Shown here: piece after piece, positions 1 to 10,900 of the stretch | How positions within the stretch are numbered: the first letter of the stretch is position 1 | Layout of the letters: each line of letters opens with the position of its first letter | From: Thermoleophilia bacterium UBA2241 | GTDB lineage: Bacteria > Actinomycetota > Thermoleophilia > UBA2241 | NCBI GenBank assembly: GCA_002347645.1 | Contig: DDYF01000013.1 | Coordinates: 5,845 to 69,844 of the forward strand | Length of the DNA: 64,000 nucleotides | Reading direction: 5' to 3' | The notes under the pieces: model-generated | Told to the model about the DNA's origin: nothing | Databases searched by the model: none | The model's input: the letters and a program-made list of their open reading frames with translations, nothing else | Translations under genes and position numbers: made by a program

Positions 1-756
1 ATCGACAGTCTGGGGCTTGATGAGAACGGAACGCCGGTCATCATCGAGTACAAGCTCTCCAGCAATCAGGCGGTGATCAACCAGGCGCTGTACTACCTGG
101 ACTGGCTCGTCGACCATCGCGGCGACTTCGAGCTCCTGGTCCAGAAGAAGCTTGGCGCGGGCGCGACCGTCGACTGGACGGCACCGCGCGTGCTCTGCGT
201 GGCCGAGGACTTCAGTCACTACGACACCTACGCGGTCAAGACAATCGGCGCCAACATCGAGTTGTGGAAGTACCGCGTGTTCGCCGGCGAGTACCTGGCG
301 GTCGAGATGGTAGGCGGCGGGAGCGCGGGCAAGGGCAGCAAGAAGGGTGCCGGCTCAGCGAAGAGCGGCGCGACGAAGGGCAAGAGTGCGGACGTGAGCG
401 CCGCCTACTCGGTCGAGGAACACCTCGCAAAAGCCAAGGGAGAGGTGCGGGCCATCGTCGATGAGTTGTTCGAGTACGTGAGCGGGCTCGGCGATGACGT
501 CGTCGCGTCGCCGGTGAAGCTCTACATCGCGTTCCGCACGACGCGCAACTTCTGCTGTCTCGAGGTGCACGGCAAGCACATCTTCCTCTACTTGGCGCTC
601 GATCCGGCGACCGGCGTTGGCTGTGACTTCTGTCGTGACGTCCGTCAGATCGGCCACTTTGGCACGGGCGACCTGGAGGTGCGCGTGGAACGCGCCGACC
701 AGGTCCCAAAGGCCAAGGACCTAGCGAAGCTGGCGTACGAGAAGGCTGCGGGATAG
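1..756 (+). CDS. 5'-truncated hypothetical protein with a NucS/DUF91-like nuclease-fold N-part and a DUF5655-like C-terminal domain
   Basis: Open reading frame runs from window position 1 to TAG at 754-756. Motifs VIIEYK...YYLDWL resemble PD-(D/E)xK NucS-like proteins. C-terminal LYIAFR...FCCLEVHGKHIFLYLALD resembles DUF5655. A Gly/Ser/Lys-rich linker lies between them. Confidence 0.45.
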   Translation: MDSLGLDENGTPVIIEYKLSSNQAVINQALYYLDWLVDHRGDFELLVQKKLGAGATVDWTAPRVLCVAEDFSHYDTYAVKTIGANIELWKYRVFAGEYLAVEMVGGGSAGKGSKKGAGSAKSGATKGKSADVSAAYSVEEHLAKAKGEVRAIVDELFEYVSGLGDDVVASPVKLYIAFRTTRNFCCLEVHGKHIFLYLALDPATGVGCDFCRDVRQIGHFGTGDLEVRVERADQVPKAKDLAKLAYEKAAG

Positions 757-860
757 CGGGGGTAGCCCTGTGGCGCAGGCCCGTCTGCCGCCGAATCGTC
801 ACCGTTGCAAGATTACCTTGCATTGCCCTACAATGGTCACGGCGCACCGGAGGGGGTACC

Positions 861-2048
861 GTGACTGATGAAGCCAAGGATATCGGCCTAAGGGTCAAGG
901 CAGCGCGTGAGGCTCTGGGTCTGAAGCAAGAAGAGCTTGCGCACGCGATGGGTTTCGCCTCGCGTCAGATCCTGTCCGACCTCGAGCGTGGAGTCCGTGA
1001 CGTAAAGGCGTCCGAGGCGGCACGCCTTGCACGTGCGCTCCGTGTCGACCTTTCCGCGCTGCTCTCCGACGCGCCGGCGAGGCCTTTGGTCCTGTGGCGC
1101 GCGCAGCCGTGCGAGGGCGCCGAGGCGATCGAGGCGGAGTTTCTTCAGTGGTGCGAGAGGCAACGTCGGGTCCTCGGGCTGTTGGACCATAGGCCCCCCG
1201 ATCCGCTTCCTGTCTACGATCTCGATCTCGAGCGAGCAGGGTATGACCACGCCGATCGGCTTGCAGCCGGTGTCGCGCAGTCGCTCGGGCTTGGCGTGCG
1301 ACCCGCAATGGGCCTCAGCGCCGCGCTGGAGTCGCGCTTCGATGTCACCATCTGGTATCTCGACACGCCGGGCGGGTGCGCGGCGTGCACTCGCGGCGAG
1401 CACGGAGCGTCGATCCTCGTGCCGCGAAGCGAGGCCCCGTGGCGCCGCCACTTTGACATCGCTCACGAGCTGTTCCACCTGTTGACCTGGTCGAGCTCAC
1501 GCGGGTCAGTGCCTCGATGGGACGAGACGGAGGCTGGTCGGCACGCGGAGCAGCTTGCGAACGCGTTTGCCGCCAGTCTGCTCGTCCCGGCGGACGTTGT
1601 CCTCAGGGAACTTGACGAGCGCAGCTCGGAGCGTCGCGTGAAGCTCGCCGAACTCGTGGCGATGGCGCGCGACTTCGGCGTCTCGCTTGAGACCCTCGTG
1701 TGGCGGCTCCACAATCTGGGGCTCTGGCCCGAGCACGATGTCGTCCGCAGCCTGCTGGGCGACCCGAGACTGCGCGAACTCGACAAGGCTTCGCAGGCCA
1801 AGGAGTGGCAGGATCCCCCGTCGCTGCCGGAGCGCTTCGTCCAGGCGGCGTATGCTGCCACTCTGAGGGCGAGGCTCTCGCGCACACAGCTTGCCTCCTA
1901 TCTCGGCTGCGGCTTGGCCGAACTGTCGTCGCGTCTTGCCGAATACGGCATCGATGAGGATCTTGCCGAGATGGCCGCGCAAGATCTGTCAGTCGACCGC
2001 CGTTCTGACGATCTCGATCCGCTGCCGATGCCAAGTGGCCGGGAGTAG
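861..2048 (+). CDS. HTH XRE-family regulator fused to an ImmA/IrrE zinc metallopeptidase domain
   Basis: GTG start preceded by GGAGGGGG. N-terminal HTH (GLKQEELAHAMGFASRQILSDLERG). HEXXH motif (FDIAHELFHLL) typical of ImmA/IrrE (DUF955). Confidence 0.75.
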   Translation: MTDEAKDIGLRVKAAREALGLKQEELAHAMGFASRQILSDLERGVRDVKASEAARLARALRVDLSALLSDAPARPLVLWRAQPCEGAEAIEAEFLQWCERQRRVLGLLDHRPPDPLPVYDLDLERAGYDHADRLAAGVAQSLGLGVRPAMGLSAALESRFDVTIWYLDTPGGCAACTRGEHGASILVPRSEAPWRRHFDIAHELFHLLTWSSSRGSVPRWDETEAGRHAEQLANAFAASLLVPADVVLRELDERSSERRVKLAELVAMARDFGVSLETLVWRLHNLGLWPEHDVVRSLLGDPRLRELDKASQAKEWQDPPSLPERFVQAAYAATLRARLSRTQLASYLGCGLAELSSRLAEYGIDEDLAEMAAQDLSVDRRSDDLDPLPMPSGRE

Positions 2049-2577
2049 ACGACGGTGCTTGATCCTCGACGCCGGGCCTGTTATCGGGCTTCACGAGCTG
2101 GGTGTCTGGCACGCGTTTCTCGCGCGCTACGAGGTGGTGCTTCCGCAATCGGTGCTTGAGGACGAGGCGTTGTTCCACAGCGCCGATGCCGCGAGCGGCA
2201 TGCGCGAGCCGATCGATCTGGCGGCTCAAGTCACGTGGGGGCAGATCACCGTTGCATCGGCCGACGCTCGCGACTTGGTGACTGTCGCCTCTCGGTTCAG
2301 TGCAGCAATCGAACTCCATGAGGGCGAACTCGAGGCCCTGGCGCTGCTCACCCAGCATGAGGAGTTCGCCGATCACGTGTTCTGCAGCGCCGACGGAGCT
2401 GCAATCGAGGCTGCCTGCATGGTTGGCTTGAGCGACCGTTGCGACTCACTCGAGGAGCTGCTCACCATGGCTGGCCTTGGCCGGCCCGTCCATCGGAGAT
2501 TCAGCAAGGACTTCATGGACCGGCACAAGCGCGAGGGAGGAGCTCGGGCGGTCACGGGCTACGGGCTCGCCGACTGA
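2035..2577 (+). CDS. hypothetical protein, DUF4411/PIN-like (candidate partner of the ImmA/IrrE regulator)
   Basis: Candidate GTG at 2035 (or TTG at 2059) overlaps the ImmA stop. The N-terminus LILDAGPVIGL resembles the leading acidic strand of PIN/DUF4411 domains, and further conserved acidic residues follow. Exact start is uncertain. Confidence 0.4.
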   Translation: MAGSRRRCLILDAGPVIGLHELGVWHAFLARYEVVLPQSVLEDEALFHSADAASGMREPIDLAAQVTWGQITVASADARDLVTVASRFSAAIELHEGELEALALLTQHEEFADHVFCSADGAAIEAACMVGLSDRCDSLEELLTMAGLGRPVHRRFSKDFMDRHKREGGARAVTGYGLAD

Positions 2578-2737
2578 ACAATCCGTGGATTCCTCGCGCT
2601 TGACCTTTCTCCGGTGCGGCGCACAATGGTCGAAGGTTCGGGATCAGCGTCAGTCGCTGGAGACAGTGACGTCGTTCGGTGACGGTCGACGCCCCGGACC
2701 TTCTTACTGTCACGAGGCCCTGCGGTAAGCTGTGCCC

Positions 2738-3820
2738 ATGACCGACAAGATCAGACTGACACAGTACGCGACGAAGAGCGGTTGAGCGGCCAAGCTGGGT
2801 CCGTGCGACCTGCAGGCTGTTCTCGACAAGCTCCCCGCCGCCACCGGCGAGTTCGCGCGTCTCCTCGAGACGAGGGACGACGCCGCCGTCACGCTGGTGG
2901 CCGACGACCTCTGCCTGGTGCAGACGGTCGACTTCTTCACGCCCATCGTCGACGACCCGTACCTGTTCGGCGCGATCGCCGCGGCCAACGCCCTGTCGGA
3001 CGTCTACGCGATGGGCGCCCGGCCGCTGACGGCGATGAACCTCGTCGCGTGGCCGGCGGAGCTCGGCAGCGACGCGCTGGCCGAGGTGCTGTGTGGCGGC
3101 TACGACAAGGTCACGGAGGCGGGCGCCGAGATGGCCGGCGGACACTCGATCGAAGACAAGGAACCCAAGTTCGGCCTCGCGGTGACAGGTGTCGCACGCC
3201 CCTCGGAGATCGTCTACAACGGGGGCGCGAAGGCCGGCGACGCGCTCGTGCTCACCAAGCGCCTCGGGATCGGCGTGCTGGCCAGCGCCCTCAAGAACGG
3301 CGTCATCGGCGAGGACGAGATGCGCGCCGCGGCCGACGAGGCGGCGGCGCTCAATGCGGCCGCCGCCGCCGCGATGAAGCAGGTCGGCGTGCATGCGTGC
3401 ACGGACGTCAGCGGCTTCGGCCTCGCCGGTCACCTCGGGGAGATGCTCGACGCGAGCGGCGTGGGCGCGCGCCTGCGCCTCGAGGACGTGCCGCTGCACG
3501 ATGGCGTCCTCGACCTGATCGCGCGCTCGGTCTACGCCGGCGGCTTGCGCAACAACCGCGACTACGTCCTGCCGCGCTTCGGCGACGCCTTCGGCAGCAC
3601 GCGCGGCGGTACGGCGGGTCGGCGGGACGGCGCGCCGGTGCCGGACCTCGAGCCGCGCGTGCTCGCCCTCTTCGACCCCCAGACGTCGGGCGGCCTGCTG
3701 GTCGCCGTCGAGGCCGGCAGGCTCGCTACGCTCCTCGATCAGATGCGCGAGGCGGGCGCCGGAGCGTGGGTCATCGGTGTCGCGACCGGCGACGCCGCCG
3801 GGACCATCTCCCTCGAGTAG
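2738..3820 (+). CDS. selD: selenide, water dikinase SelD (selenophosphate synthetase), selenocysteine-containing: in-frame TGA at 2783-2785 read as Sec
   Basis: ATG at 2738 gives MTDKIRLTQYATKSG-U-AAKLGPCDL, which matches the SelD N-terminus (LTQYSHGAGCGCK) with Sec at the catalytic Cys position. The remainder (2786-3820) is a typical SelD/AIR-synthase-like sequence. A hairpin directly 3' of the UGA is consistent with a SECIS element. Confidence 0.88.
2786..2835 (+). promoter_or_regulatory. candidate bacterial SECIS element immediately 3' of the selD UGA
   Basis: AAGCUG-GGUC-CGUGC-GACC-UG-CAGGCU forms a stem-loop with an apical GGUC/GACC helix, a 5-nt loop and bulged nucleotides. It starts about 7 nt after the UGA. 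Confidence 0.5.
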
Positions 3821-3827
3821 CCCGGCC

Positions 3828-4499
3828 ATGCCCGACGACCGGTCCGCGGATCGCGGCGGCTCAGACCGACCGCCCGGCATGCCGCCCAGCAGGCGGATCC
3901 CCGGCGACATCGGGTGGAAGCCCGATGTCGCCGACGTCGAGCGCGTCGCGGATCAGGCGCGCGGCGACGACGGGGCGCGCGCGCGCGGCGTGGGCCCGCG
4001 TGACGGCGGCGGGTCCGAGCCGGGCTTGGTCCTCCGCATCCTGTCCGTCGTCCCGTTCTTTATCCTCGGTGTCGTGGGCGCGATCGGGCTGGCCGGGTGG
4101 GCCTTGATCTTCGTGTTCGGACTGGGCGCGCAGCAGCCGGTCTGGGAGTGGGCGAGCGGCCGGCCCGCGGGGGACGTCGTCAAGCAGGTCTCCCTGGTGC
4201 TCGCCCTGGGCCTTGCGTGCCTCGTCGTCGCCGGCGCCGCGCTCTGGGCTGGGCTGTACGGCATCCGTGCCGAGAGCGGGCGGGTCTTCTGGGTCGGTGC
4301 CGAGGCGTTCCTCGGGCTGCTCGCGCTGGCGATGGTCGTCGTCGACTGGCGGTGGCCGCGGTTCGCCGACGACCTCGGGCTGAGCGACGTCGAGTGGTGG
4401 CTGCTCTTCGCGGTCGTCGCCGAGGGTCTGGTGACCGCCCGCCTGCGCTCGCGCGCGACTGCAGGTCCGGCCGGAGACGCGCGCCGCGACGCGGGGTAA
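3828..4499 (+). CDS. hypothetical integral membrane protein (about 4 TM) between selD and selA
   Basis: ATG at 3828 lies 8 nt after the selD stop. Disordered Pro/Arg-rich N-terminus, then hydrophobic segments (LVLRILSVVPFFILGVVGAIGLAGWALIFVFGL, LVLALGLACLVVAGAALWAGL and others). Same strand as the sel genes, with short spacing. Confidence 0.5.
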   Translation: MPDDRSADRGGSDRPPGMPPSRRIPGDIGWKPDVADVERVADQARGDDGARARGVGPRDGGGSEPGLVLRILSVVPFFILGVVGAIGLAGWALIFVFGLGAQQPVWEWASGRPAGDVVKQVSLVLALGLACLVVAGAALWAGLYGIRAESGRVFWVGAEAFLGLLALAMVVVDWRWPRFADDLGLSDVEWWLLFAVVAEGLVTARLRSRATAGPAGDARRDAG

Positions 4500-4509
4500 G
4501 CTTGGGGCG

Positions 4510-6009
4510 ATGAACACAGGGCGACAGGGCGCGGCGGGCGAATCGGCGGACGCGGCGGGGGCGCGGCGCGGCAAGGCCGCGCACAACGAACGCCTGCGCG
4601 GGCTCGCCGCGGTCGACGAGGTGCTGCGCGAGCCCGGTGTCGAGCGGCTGCTCGCCGTGTACCGGCGCGACCTCGTCGTCGACGCCGTCCGGGCGGTGAT
4701 CGAGCGCCTGCGCCGGGAGATCCTCGCCGGCACGGCCGAGGGGGCAGTGGCGGCGGGAGCGGGCGAGCTCACCGCGGCCGACCTCGTGCCGTGGGTTGAG
4801 GGTACGCTCCGGCTCGCCGCCACGCCGTCGCTGCGCCGAGTCATCAACGCGTCCGGTGTGATCGTGCACACCAACCTCGGTCGCTCCGCGCTGCCGGAAG
4901 AGGCCGTCGAGGCTGTCGCTCGCGCCGCGTCCGGGTACGCGGATCTCGAGTTCAGCCTCACGAAGGGCGAGCGCTCCTCGCGACAGGACCACGTTCGCGA
5001 CGTGCTGTGTACGCTGACCGGCGCGGAGGACGCCCTGGTCGTGAACAACAACGCGGCGGCGGTGCTCCTCGCCCTTGCGGCGGTAGCGCGCGGCGGTGAC
5101 GTTCTGGTGGCGCGTGGCCAGCTCGTCGAGATCGGTGATGGCTTCCGCATCCCCGACATCCTGCGCGAGAGCGGGGCCCGTCTGGTGGAGGTGGGCACCA
5201 CGAACCGGACCTACCTCCGCGACTTCGAACGCGCCTGGGGCAAGAAGGCCAAGGCCGTCTTGCGCGTGCACACGAGCAACTACCGCATCGTCGGCTTCAC
5301 CGCCGAACCCACGCTCGGCGACTTGGCCGGGCTGGTCGCCTCGCGCGGCGGCGTGCTCGTCGACGATCTGGGCAGCGGCGCGCTCGCCGACCTCGACGTG
5401 CTCGCGGAGGAGCCTTCCGCGCGCGAGAGCGTGGCCACGGGCGCGGACATCGTCACGTTCAGCGGCGACAAGCTGCTCGGCGGCCCGCAGGCGGGCATCG
5501 CCGTCGGTACGACGAAGGCGATCGAGGCGATGCGCCGGCATCCGCTGGCGCGCGCCGTCCGCATGGACAAGCTCGACTTGGCGGCGCTCGACGTCGTGCT
5601 GCGACTCTACCTCTCGCCGCAGCAGGCCGTCGAGCGCATCCCGACGCTGGCCATGCTCGCCGAGCCGCTCGCCTCCGTCCGGGAGCGAGCTGAGACCTTG
5701 TGTGCCGCGCTGCTCGCCGCCGCGCCGGACTGTGGCGCGGCGGTCGTCGACAGCGTCGCGCGCGCCGGTGCCGGCGCTCTCCCCGTGACGGAGGTCCCGA
5801 GTGTCGCCGTCGCCCTGACGCCGCCCGAGGGCGACCTCGCGGGGCTTGCCGCGCGTCTGCGCGCCGGACGGCCTGCCGCCGTCGGTCGCGCGCACGACGA
5901 GCGCCTCCTGCTCGATGCGCGCACGGTGCGCGCCGCCGAGGTCGCCGACCTCATCGCCGTCGCCGCCGCGGCGCTGCGCGGTGAGGTCGCGGATCTCGAG
6001 CACGCGTAG
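4510..6009 (+). CDS. selA: L-seryl-tRNA(Sec) selenium transferase SelA
   Basis: Conserved SelA segments [15 protein letters not shown] and [14 protein letters not shown] (PLP lysine). Full-length, 499 aa. Confidence 0.88.
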   Translation: MNTGRQGAAGESADAAGARRGKAAHNERLRGLAAVDEVLREPGVERLLAVYRRDLVVDAVRAVIERLRREILAGTAEGAVAAGAGELTAADLVPWVEGTLRLAATPSLRRVINASGVIVHTNLGRSALPEEAVEAVARAASGYADLEFSLTKGERSSRQDHVRDVLCTLTGAEDALVVNNNAAAVLLALAAVARGGDVLVARGQLVEIGDGFRIPDILRESGARLVEVGTTNRTYLRDFERAWGKKAKAVLRVHTSNYRIVGFTAEPTLGDLAGLVASRGGVLVDDLGSGALADLDVLAEEPSARESVATGADIVTFSGDKLLGGPQAGIAVGTTKAIEAMRRHPLARAVRMDKLDLAALDVVLRLYLSPQQAVERIPTLAMLAEPLASVRERAETLCAALLAAAPDCGAAVVDSVARAGAGALPVTEVPSVAVALTPPEGDLAGLAARLRAGRPAAVGRAHDERLLLDARTVRAAEVADLIAVAAAALRGEVADLEHA

Positions 6010-6018
6010 GCAGGGTCG

Positions 6019-7980
6019 GTGGCATCTCCGCCCGAACCAACGGCCGGGACCGCCACTGCCGGTGCCGCCGCGGCCCCCATCCTCACGCTCGGGACGGCCG
6101 GGCACATCGACCACGGCAAGACCGCGCTGGTGACGCTCCTGACGGGCAAGAACACGGACCGACTCCGCGAGGAACGCGAGCGCGGCATCTCGATCGAGCT
6201 GGGGTACGCAGAGCTCGACCTCCCCAGCGGCCGGCGCCTGAGTGTAGTCGACGTCCCCGGGCACGAGCGCTTCGTGCGGACGATGGTGGCCGGCGCGACC
6301 GGCATCGATCTCTTCCTGCTCGTCGTGGCTGCGGACGACGGCGTCATGCCGCAGACCGCCGAGCACCTCGCCGTCATCGAGTTGCTCGGCGTGGCCGAAG
6401 GCGTGGTGGCGCTCACCAAAGCGGACCTGGTCGACGAGGAGCTGCTCGAACTGGCGCGGTCGGACACGGCGGCGTTCCTCGCCGGAACGCCCTACCGGGA
6501 CGCGGACGTGGTGACGGTGAGCGCGCGCGACGGCAGAGGCGTGCCCGAGTTGCTGGCGGCGCTCGACGCGGCTGCAGCCCGCGTGCGCCGCGCCCGCCGT
6601 GCCGGACCGGCGCGCCTCCCGATCGACCGCGTCTTTCCGCTCAAAGGCATCGGGACCGTCGTGACCGGGACGCTATGGCGCGGTGAGCTGCGCGCCGGTG
6701 ACGACGTGCGCGTCGAGCCGGGTGGCCGGCGGGCGACGGTGCGCAGCGTCCAGGTGCACGACCAGAACGCCGAGGCGGCGGCGGGCGGCGGCCGCGCCGG
6801 TGTGAACCTGCGCGGCGTCGAGAGGGAGACGGTGGCGCGCGGCCAGTGGCTCCTGGGCCAAGCTTCGCCCGCCAAGGTCACGCGCCGGTTCGACGCCGTC
6901 ATCCGTCTGCTGCCGGGCGCGCGGCCGCTGCGCTCCGACGTGCCCGTGCGCCTGCATCACGGGACGGCGCAGTACGTCGCCAGGCTGGCGGTGCTCGAGG
7001 GCCGCGAGATCGGGCCGGGCGCGGTGGCCCGCGTGGTCGTGCGCCTCGACGGCGACGCCGTCGTCGAGGCGCACGACCGCTTCATCCTCCGCGCCCTCTC
7101 GCCTGTCGCTACGATGGGGGGCGGGCGGATCCTCGACGCGGGCGCCCGGCGGTGGCCCAGCCGGGAGAGCCACGCCGCCTACCTGCGGGCCTTAGCCCGC
7201 GGCGAGCTCGCCACGGCGTGCGAACTCCTCCTCGAGGCGCGTCCCGGAGGCGGCGTGAGGGCAGCGGACCTCGCCGACGCAGGGTACGGCGAGGCTGAGA
7301 CGGCGCGGGCGCTGGCGGAGCTGGCAGGCCGCGGCGTCGCCGAGCGCCTCGATGTTGCGGGTCAGGCGCACTGGTTTGCGGCCGGCACTCTCGAGGCGGC
7401 GCGGGAAGCGCTCCTGCGCGCCGCCGCGGCGAGCGCCTCGGCGCGTCCCGAGAGGCCGTACACGGCGCCGTCGGAGCTCATGACGGCGACACCCGGACTC
7501 GTGCCCGGTGTGGCGGCGACGCTGCTCACGGCGCTGGTCGGCGGGGGCCGGATGGTGGCCGCCGAGGGCGGCTACGCCCCGGCCGGTGCGCCCGGAGTGC
7601 TGGCGCCCGCTCAGGAGGAGACGGCGCGCGACGTGCTGGACCGCCTCGGGCGGGAGCCCTTCGCCCCTCCGACCTTGGCCACCCTCGCCGACGCGACCGG
7701 CGTGGCCGGTAAGGATCTTGCGAGGCTCCTGGACACGCTGGCGCGCCGCGGCGACCTCGTCCGTGTCGACAAGGACCTGTGGTTCACCGCAGGGGCTGTC
7801 GCCACCGCGCGCGAGCGCCTTCTGGCGACGCTGGGGGCCGACGGCCAGGTCACGCTGGCGCGCTTTCGCGACATTCTGGGGTGCGGGCGGCGGAACGCCC
7901 AGGCGCTGCTCGAACTATTCGACCGTGAGGGCCTGACGCGTCGTCATGGAGACGTGCGGGTGGCGCGGAGCCGCCGCTGA
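6019..7980 (+). CDS. selB: selenocysteine-specific translation elongation factor SelB
   Basis: GTP-binding motifs [17 protein letters not shown] and TKAD. Long C-terminal winged-helix extension typical of SelB. Lies 10 nt after selA. Stop at 7978-7980. Confidence 0.85.
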   Translation: MASPPEPTAGTATAGAAAAPILTLGTAGHIDHGKTALVTLLTGKNTDRLREERERGISIELGYAELDLPSGRRLSVVDVPGHERFVRTMVAGATGIDLFLLVVAADDGVMPQTAEHLAVIELLGVAEGVVALTKADLVDEELLELARSDTAAFLAGTPYRDADVVTVSARDGRGVPELLAALDAAAARVRRARRAGPARLPIDRVFPLKGIGTVVTGTLWRGELRAGDDVRVEPGGRRATVRSVQVHDQNAEAAAGGGRAGVNLRGVERETVARGQWLLGQASPAKVTRRFDAVIRLLPGARPLRSDVPVRLHHGTAQYVARLAVLEGREIGPGAVARVVVRLDGDAVVEAHDRFILRALSPVATMGGGRILDAGARRWPSRESHAAYLRALARGELATACELLLEARPGGGVRAADLADAGYGEAETARALAELAGRGVAERLDVAGQAHWFAAGTLEAAREALLRAAAASASARPERPYTAPSELMTATPGLVPGVAATLLTALVGGGRMVAAEGGYAPAGAPGVLAPAQEETARDVLDRLGREPFAPPTLATLADATGVAGKDLARLLDTLARRGDLVRVDKDLWFTAGAVATARERLLATLGADGQVTLARFRDILGCGRRNAQALLELFDREGLTRRHGDVRVARSRR

Positions 7981-10900
7981 GGACGCGACTTGCGACCCGG
8001 GGTCTCGCCCGGGCCGTCCTCCCCGGCGAAGCGCACGATACGGTTGCGGCCCTGCCGCTTCGCCAGGCACATCGCCCAGTCCGCTTTGTCGAGCAGTTCC
8101 TCGCGCCCCCCGGCGTCGTCGGGGAAGGTCGCGACGCCGACGCTGAGGGTGAGGACCTCGTCGCCCGCCGTCTCCACGAGGGCCACGACGAACTCCTCGC
8201 CCCCGTAGCGCGCGGCGACGTCCACCCCACGGACTGATTGCTCGATGATGTGGGCCACCTCCCGGAGGGCCGCGTCGCCCGCGCTGTGGCCTCGGCGGCG
8301 GTTGTACGCCCGGAAGTTGTCGAGGTCGCAGAACAGCACAGAGAGGGGCCGGTCGTGCTCCCGCGCGCGGGCGAGCTCCTCGGCCAGGCGCTCGTGCAGG
8401 TAGCGATGGGTGTACAGGCCCGTCAGCGCGTCGGTGATGGCGTCGACCTCCGTACGGCTGAAGCGGATGGCGGCCGTCTGTGTGAGCGCCGCGAAGGAGC
8501 GCCGGGCGTCGGACCCCGACGTCTCGCCGGCCGGGCCGTCGATGGCCGGCAGGTCGGCGACGGCAGCGGCGACCACGCGCCCTTCGGCGTCGCGGATCGG
8601 GGCGAGACCCTCGACCCAGACTCCGAACTCGTCGGCAAAGAGGATGTTCACGTCCGGGATGCGGCCCTCGAGCACCAGTGGCAGCTCGTCGTCGGTGAAG
8701 ATCTCGTCACCGAGGCGCGAGCGCGTGACGTCGTTCTCCTCCGGGTCTACGGCGATGATGTAGCGCTGGTCGACCCGGCACTGCGTCGTGAGGAACCGCG
8801 TCGGCGGGTTCGCGTCACGGACCTCCCGGAGGACTTGCGCGATGTCGTCGTACTCGGGGCGGCCCTCGTCCTCGAGGCCACGCAGGGTCGCGTGAGACTC
8901 GCCCCGGATGCGACCGGCAGCCTGTGAGGCGATGCGGGTCGCGACGCTGCGACGCTCGAAGACGCGCTGCAGGACGTGGAGGAACGCGTCGACCATGGCC
9001 GGGTCGAACTGCGTCCCCCGGCACCGCTCGAGCTCCTCGAGGCACTCTGGGTAGCTCAGCGCGGCCTTGTAGGGCCGGCGGCACGACATGGCGTCGTAGG
9101 CGTCCACGACGGCCATGGCCCGGGCGAGCATCGGGATCGCGTCGCCGGACAGGCCGTCGGGATAGCCGCCGCCACCGAACTTCTCGTGGTGGTGGCGCAC
9201 GGCGAGGACGAGGTCGTCGGGGAAGAGCGGCCGGATGATGTCGGCGCTGAAGACAGGGTGCTGCCGCATCTGCTCCCACTCGCGGTCGTTCAGGCGTCCG
9301 GGCTTCAGGAGTACGCGATCGGAGATGCTGATCTTGCCGATGTCGTGAAGGTAGGCCGCCTCTTCGATGGACTCCAGCAGCCCCTCTTGCCACCCGAGCT
9401 CCCGGCCGAGCAGCACCATGTACGCGGCGACGCGCGCCGCGTGCCCCAGAGTGTAGTAGTCCTTGGCGTTGAGCGCCGAAGAGAGGGCCTTGAGGTTCCC
9501 GAGGTGCATCTCCTTGATCTCGTCGTAGAGGCACGCGTTCGCGACCGCGAGCGAGAGCTGCGTGGCGACGCGCATCAGCAGGCCGCGGTTGACGTCCGCG
9601 AAGGCGTCCTCGTCGCTGCTGGCGAGTGCGAGGGCGCCGATGAGGCCGTCATCCGAGACAAGAGCCAGCACCGCCATCTGTCGCGCCTTCGACGTGGCCG
9701 GGTGGCCGGGCGGCAGAGGACTCTCCTCGGGGAGATGCAGCACGAGCAGGCTCTCCCTGAGCAGCCTGCGCACGAAGGAGGGATCGACGTCGGCGAAGTC
9801 AGACGTCTCGAGCGGGCTGGCGTCGCCTTCGTGCGTGACGATGCGGGTGACCTTGCCGTTCGTGAAGAGCAAGAGGCCGAAGCCGTCGAAGGTGACGAGC
9901 TTCCCAAGCTGCCGCGCGGTCGCGGCGGCGATGTCCTGCACGTCGAGGCTCGCCGCCGTGCTGCGCGCGATCTCGTTGAGGATGCTCGTCTCGCGGTGGG
10001 CCGCCTGCTCGCGGGCGAAGAGGCGCGCGTTGGTGAGCGCCATCGCGGCGGCGTGGCAGATGGCCGCCGCCGTCTCGCGCTCCTCCGCCGTGAAGGCGCG
10101 CGGCCCACGGGTCTCGATGAGCTCGACGACGCCGATGACCTCGTCGGCGGCGATGAGGGGCAGGCTGAGCCAGCACGTCTCGCCGGCCGAGGGGCCGTAG
10201 TAGCGGGCGCTCCGCTCTCGCACGCGCTCGGAGAGACGGGGGTCATCCAGCGAGGCGACGACCGTCGGCCTCTTCGTACGCATCACGTCGCGGGTGACGC
10301 CCGCCTCCCGGAGAGGCAGGCGAGCGCCGATGCCGTCGCGATCGACGACGCCGTCGGCCAGGCTCATGACGCTCACGAGGTCGGGACCCTCGACGACGTG
10401 GATCCGGCAGTCGGGAACCCCGACCGAGCAGCACAGGCGCCACGCCAGACGGGTGAGCACGTCCTCGAGGTCGAGCGTCGAGGTGAGCTCGAGCGTCGAC
10501 TCGGTGAGCAGGCCGAGCCGGCGCGCGTTCTCGTCAAGGTGCCGGTACAGCTTGGCGTTGGCGATCGCCTGGGCGGCGATCTGCGCCAGGCCGACGATCA
10601 CCTCCATGTCGGCGAAACGGCCCGCCGTCCGCCTGTAGATCGAGACGAACCCGATGACGTCGCCCCGCACCATGAGCGGGATGTCGGCCGTGGACGTATA
10701 GCCCCAGCGGGCCGCGTCGGCGAGCTCGGTGGGCGTCGCCCGGGGGTCGTTCTGGACGTCTGGCATCTCCGCGGGGGCGTGCGTCGCGCGCGCCTCGACG
10801 AACGTGCGGAAGTCGGCGATCGGGTACCGCAGACCCCTCACGTCGGGGTCGCCCTCGGCGCGGACCGAGGTGAGGATCTCGGCTTCGTCGCCGTCGACTT

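Noticed and set aside
2782-4107. 441-aa ORF (+) overlapping selD in another frame
   Set aside because: Arg/Gly-rich low-complexity translation typical of off-frame reading of GC-rich DNA. The selD frame has clear family motifs.
3861-6366. Large minus-strand ORFs (446 aa and 728 aa) antisense to the membrane-protein/selA genes
   Set aside because: No recognisable domains. Antisense to strongly supported selA.
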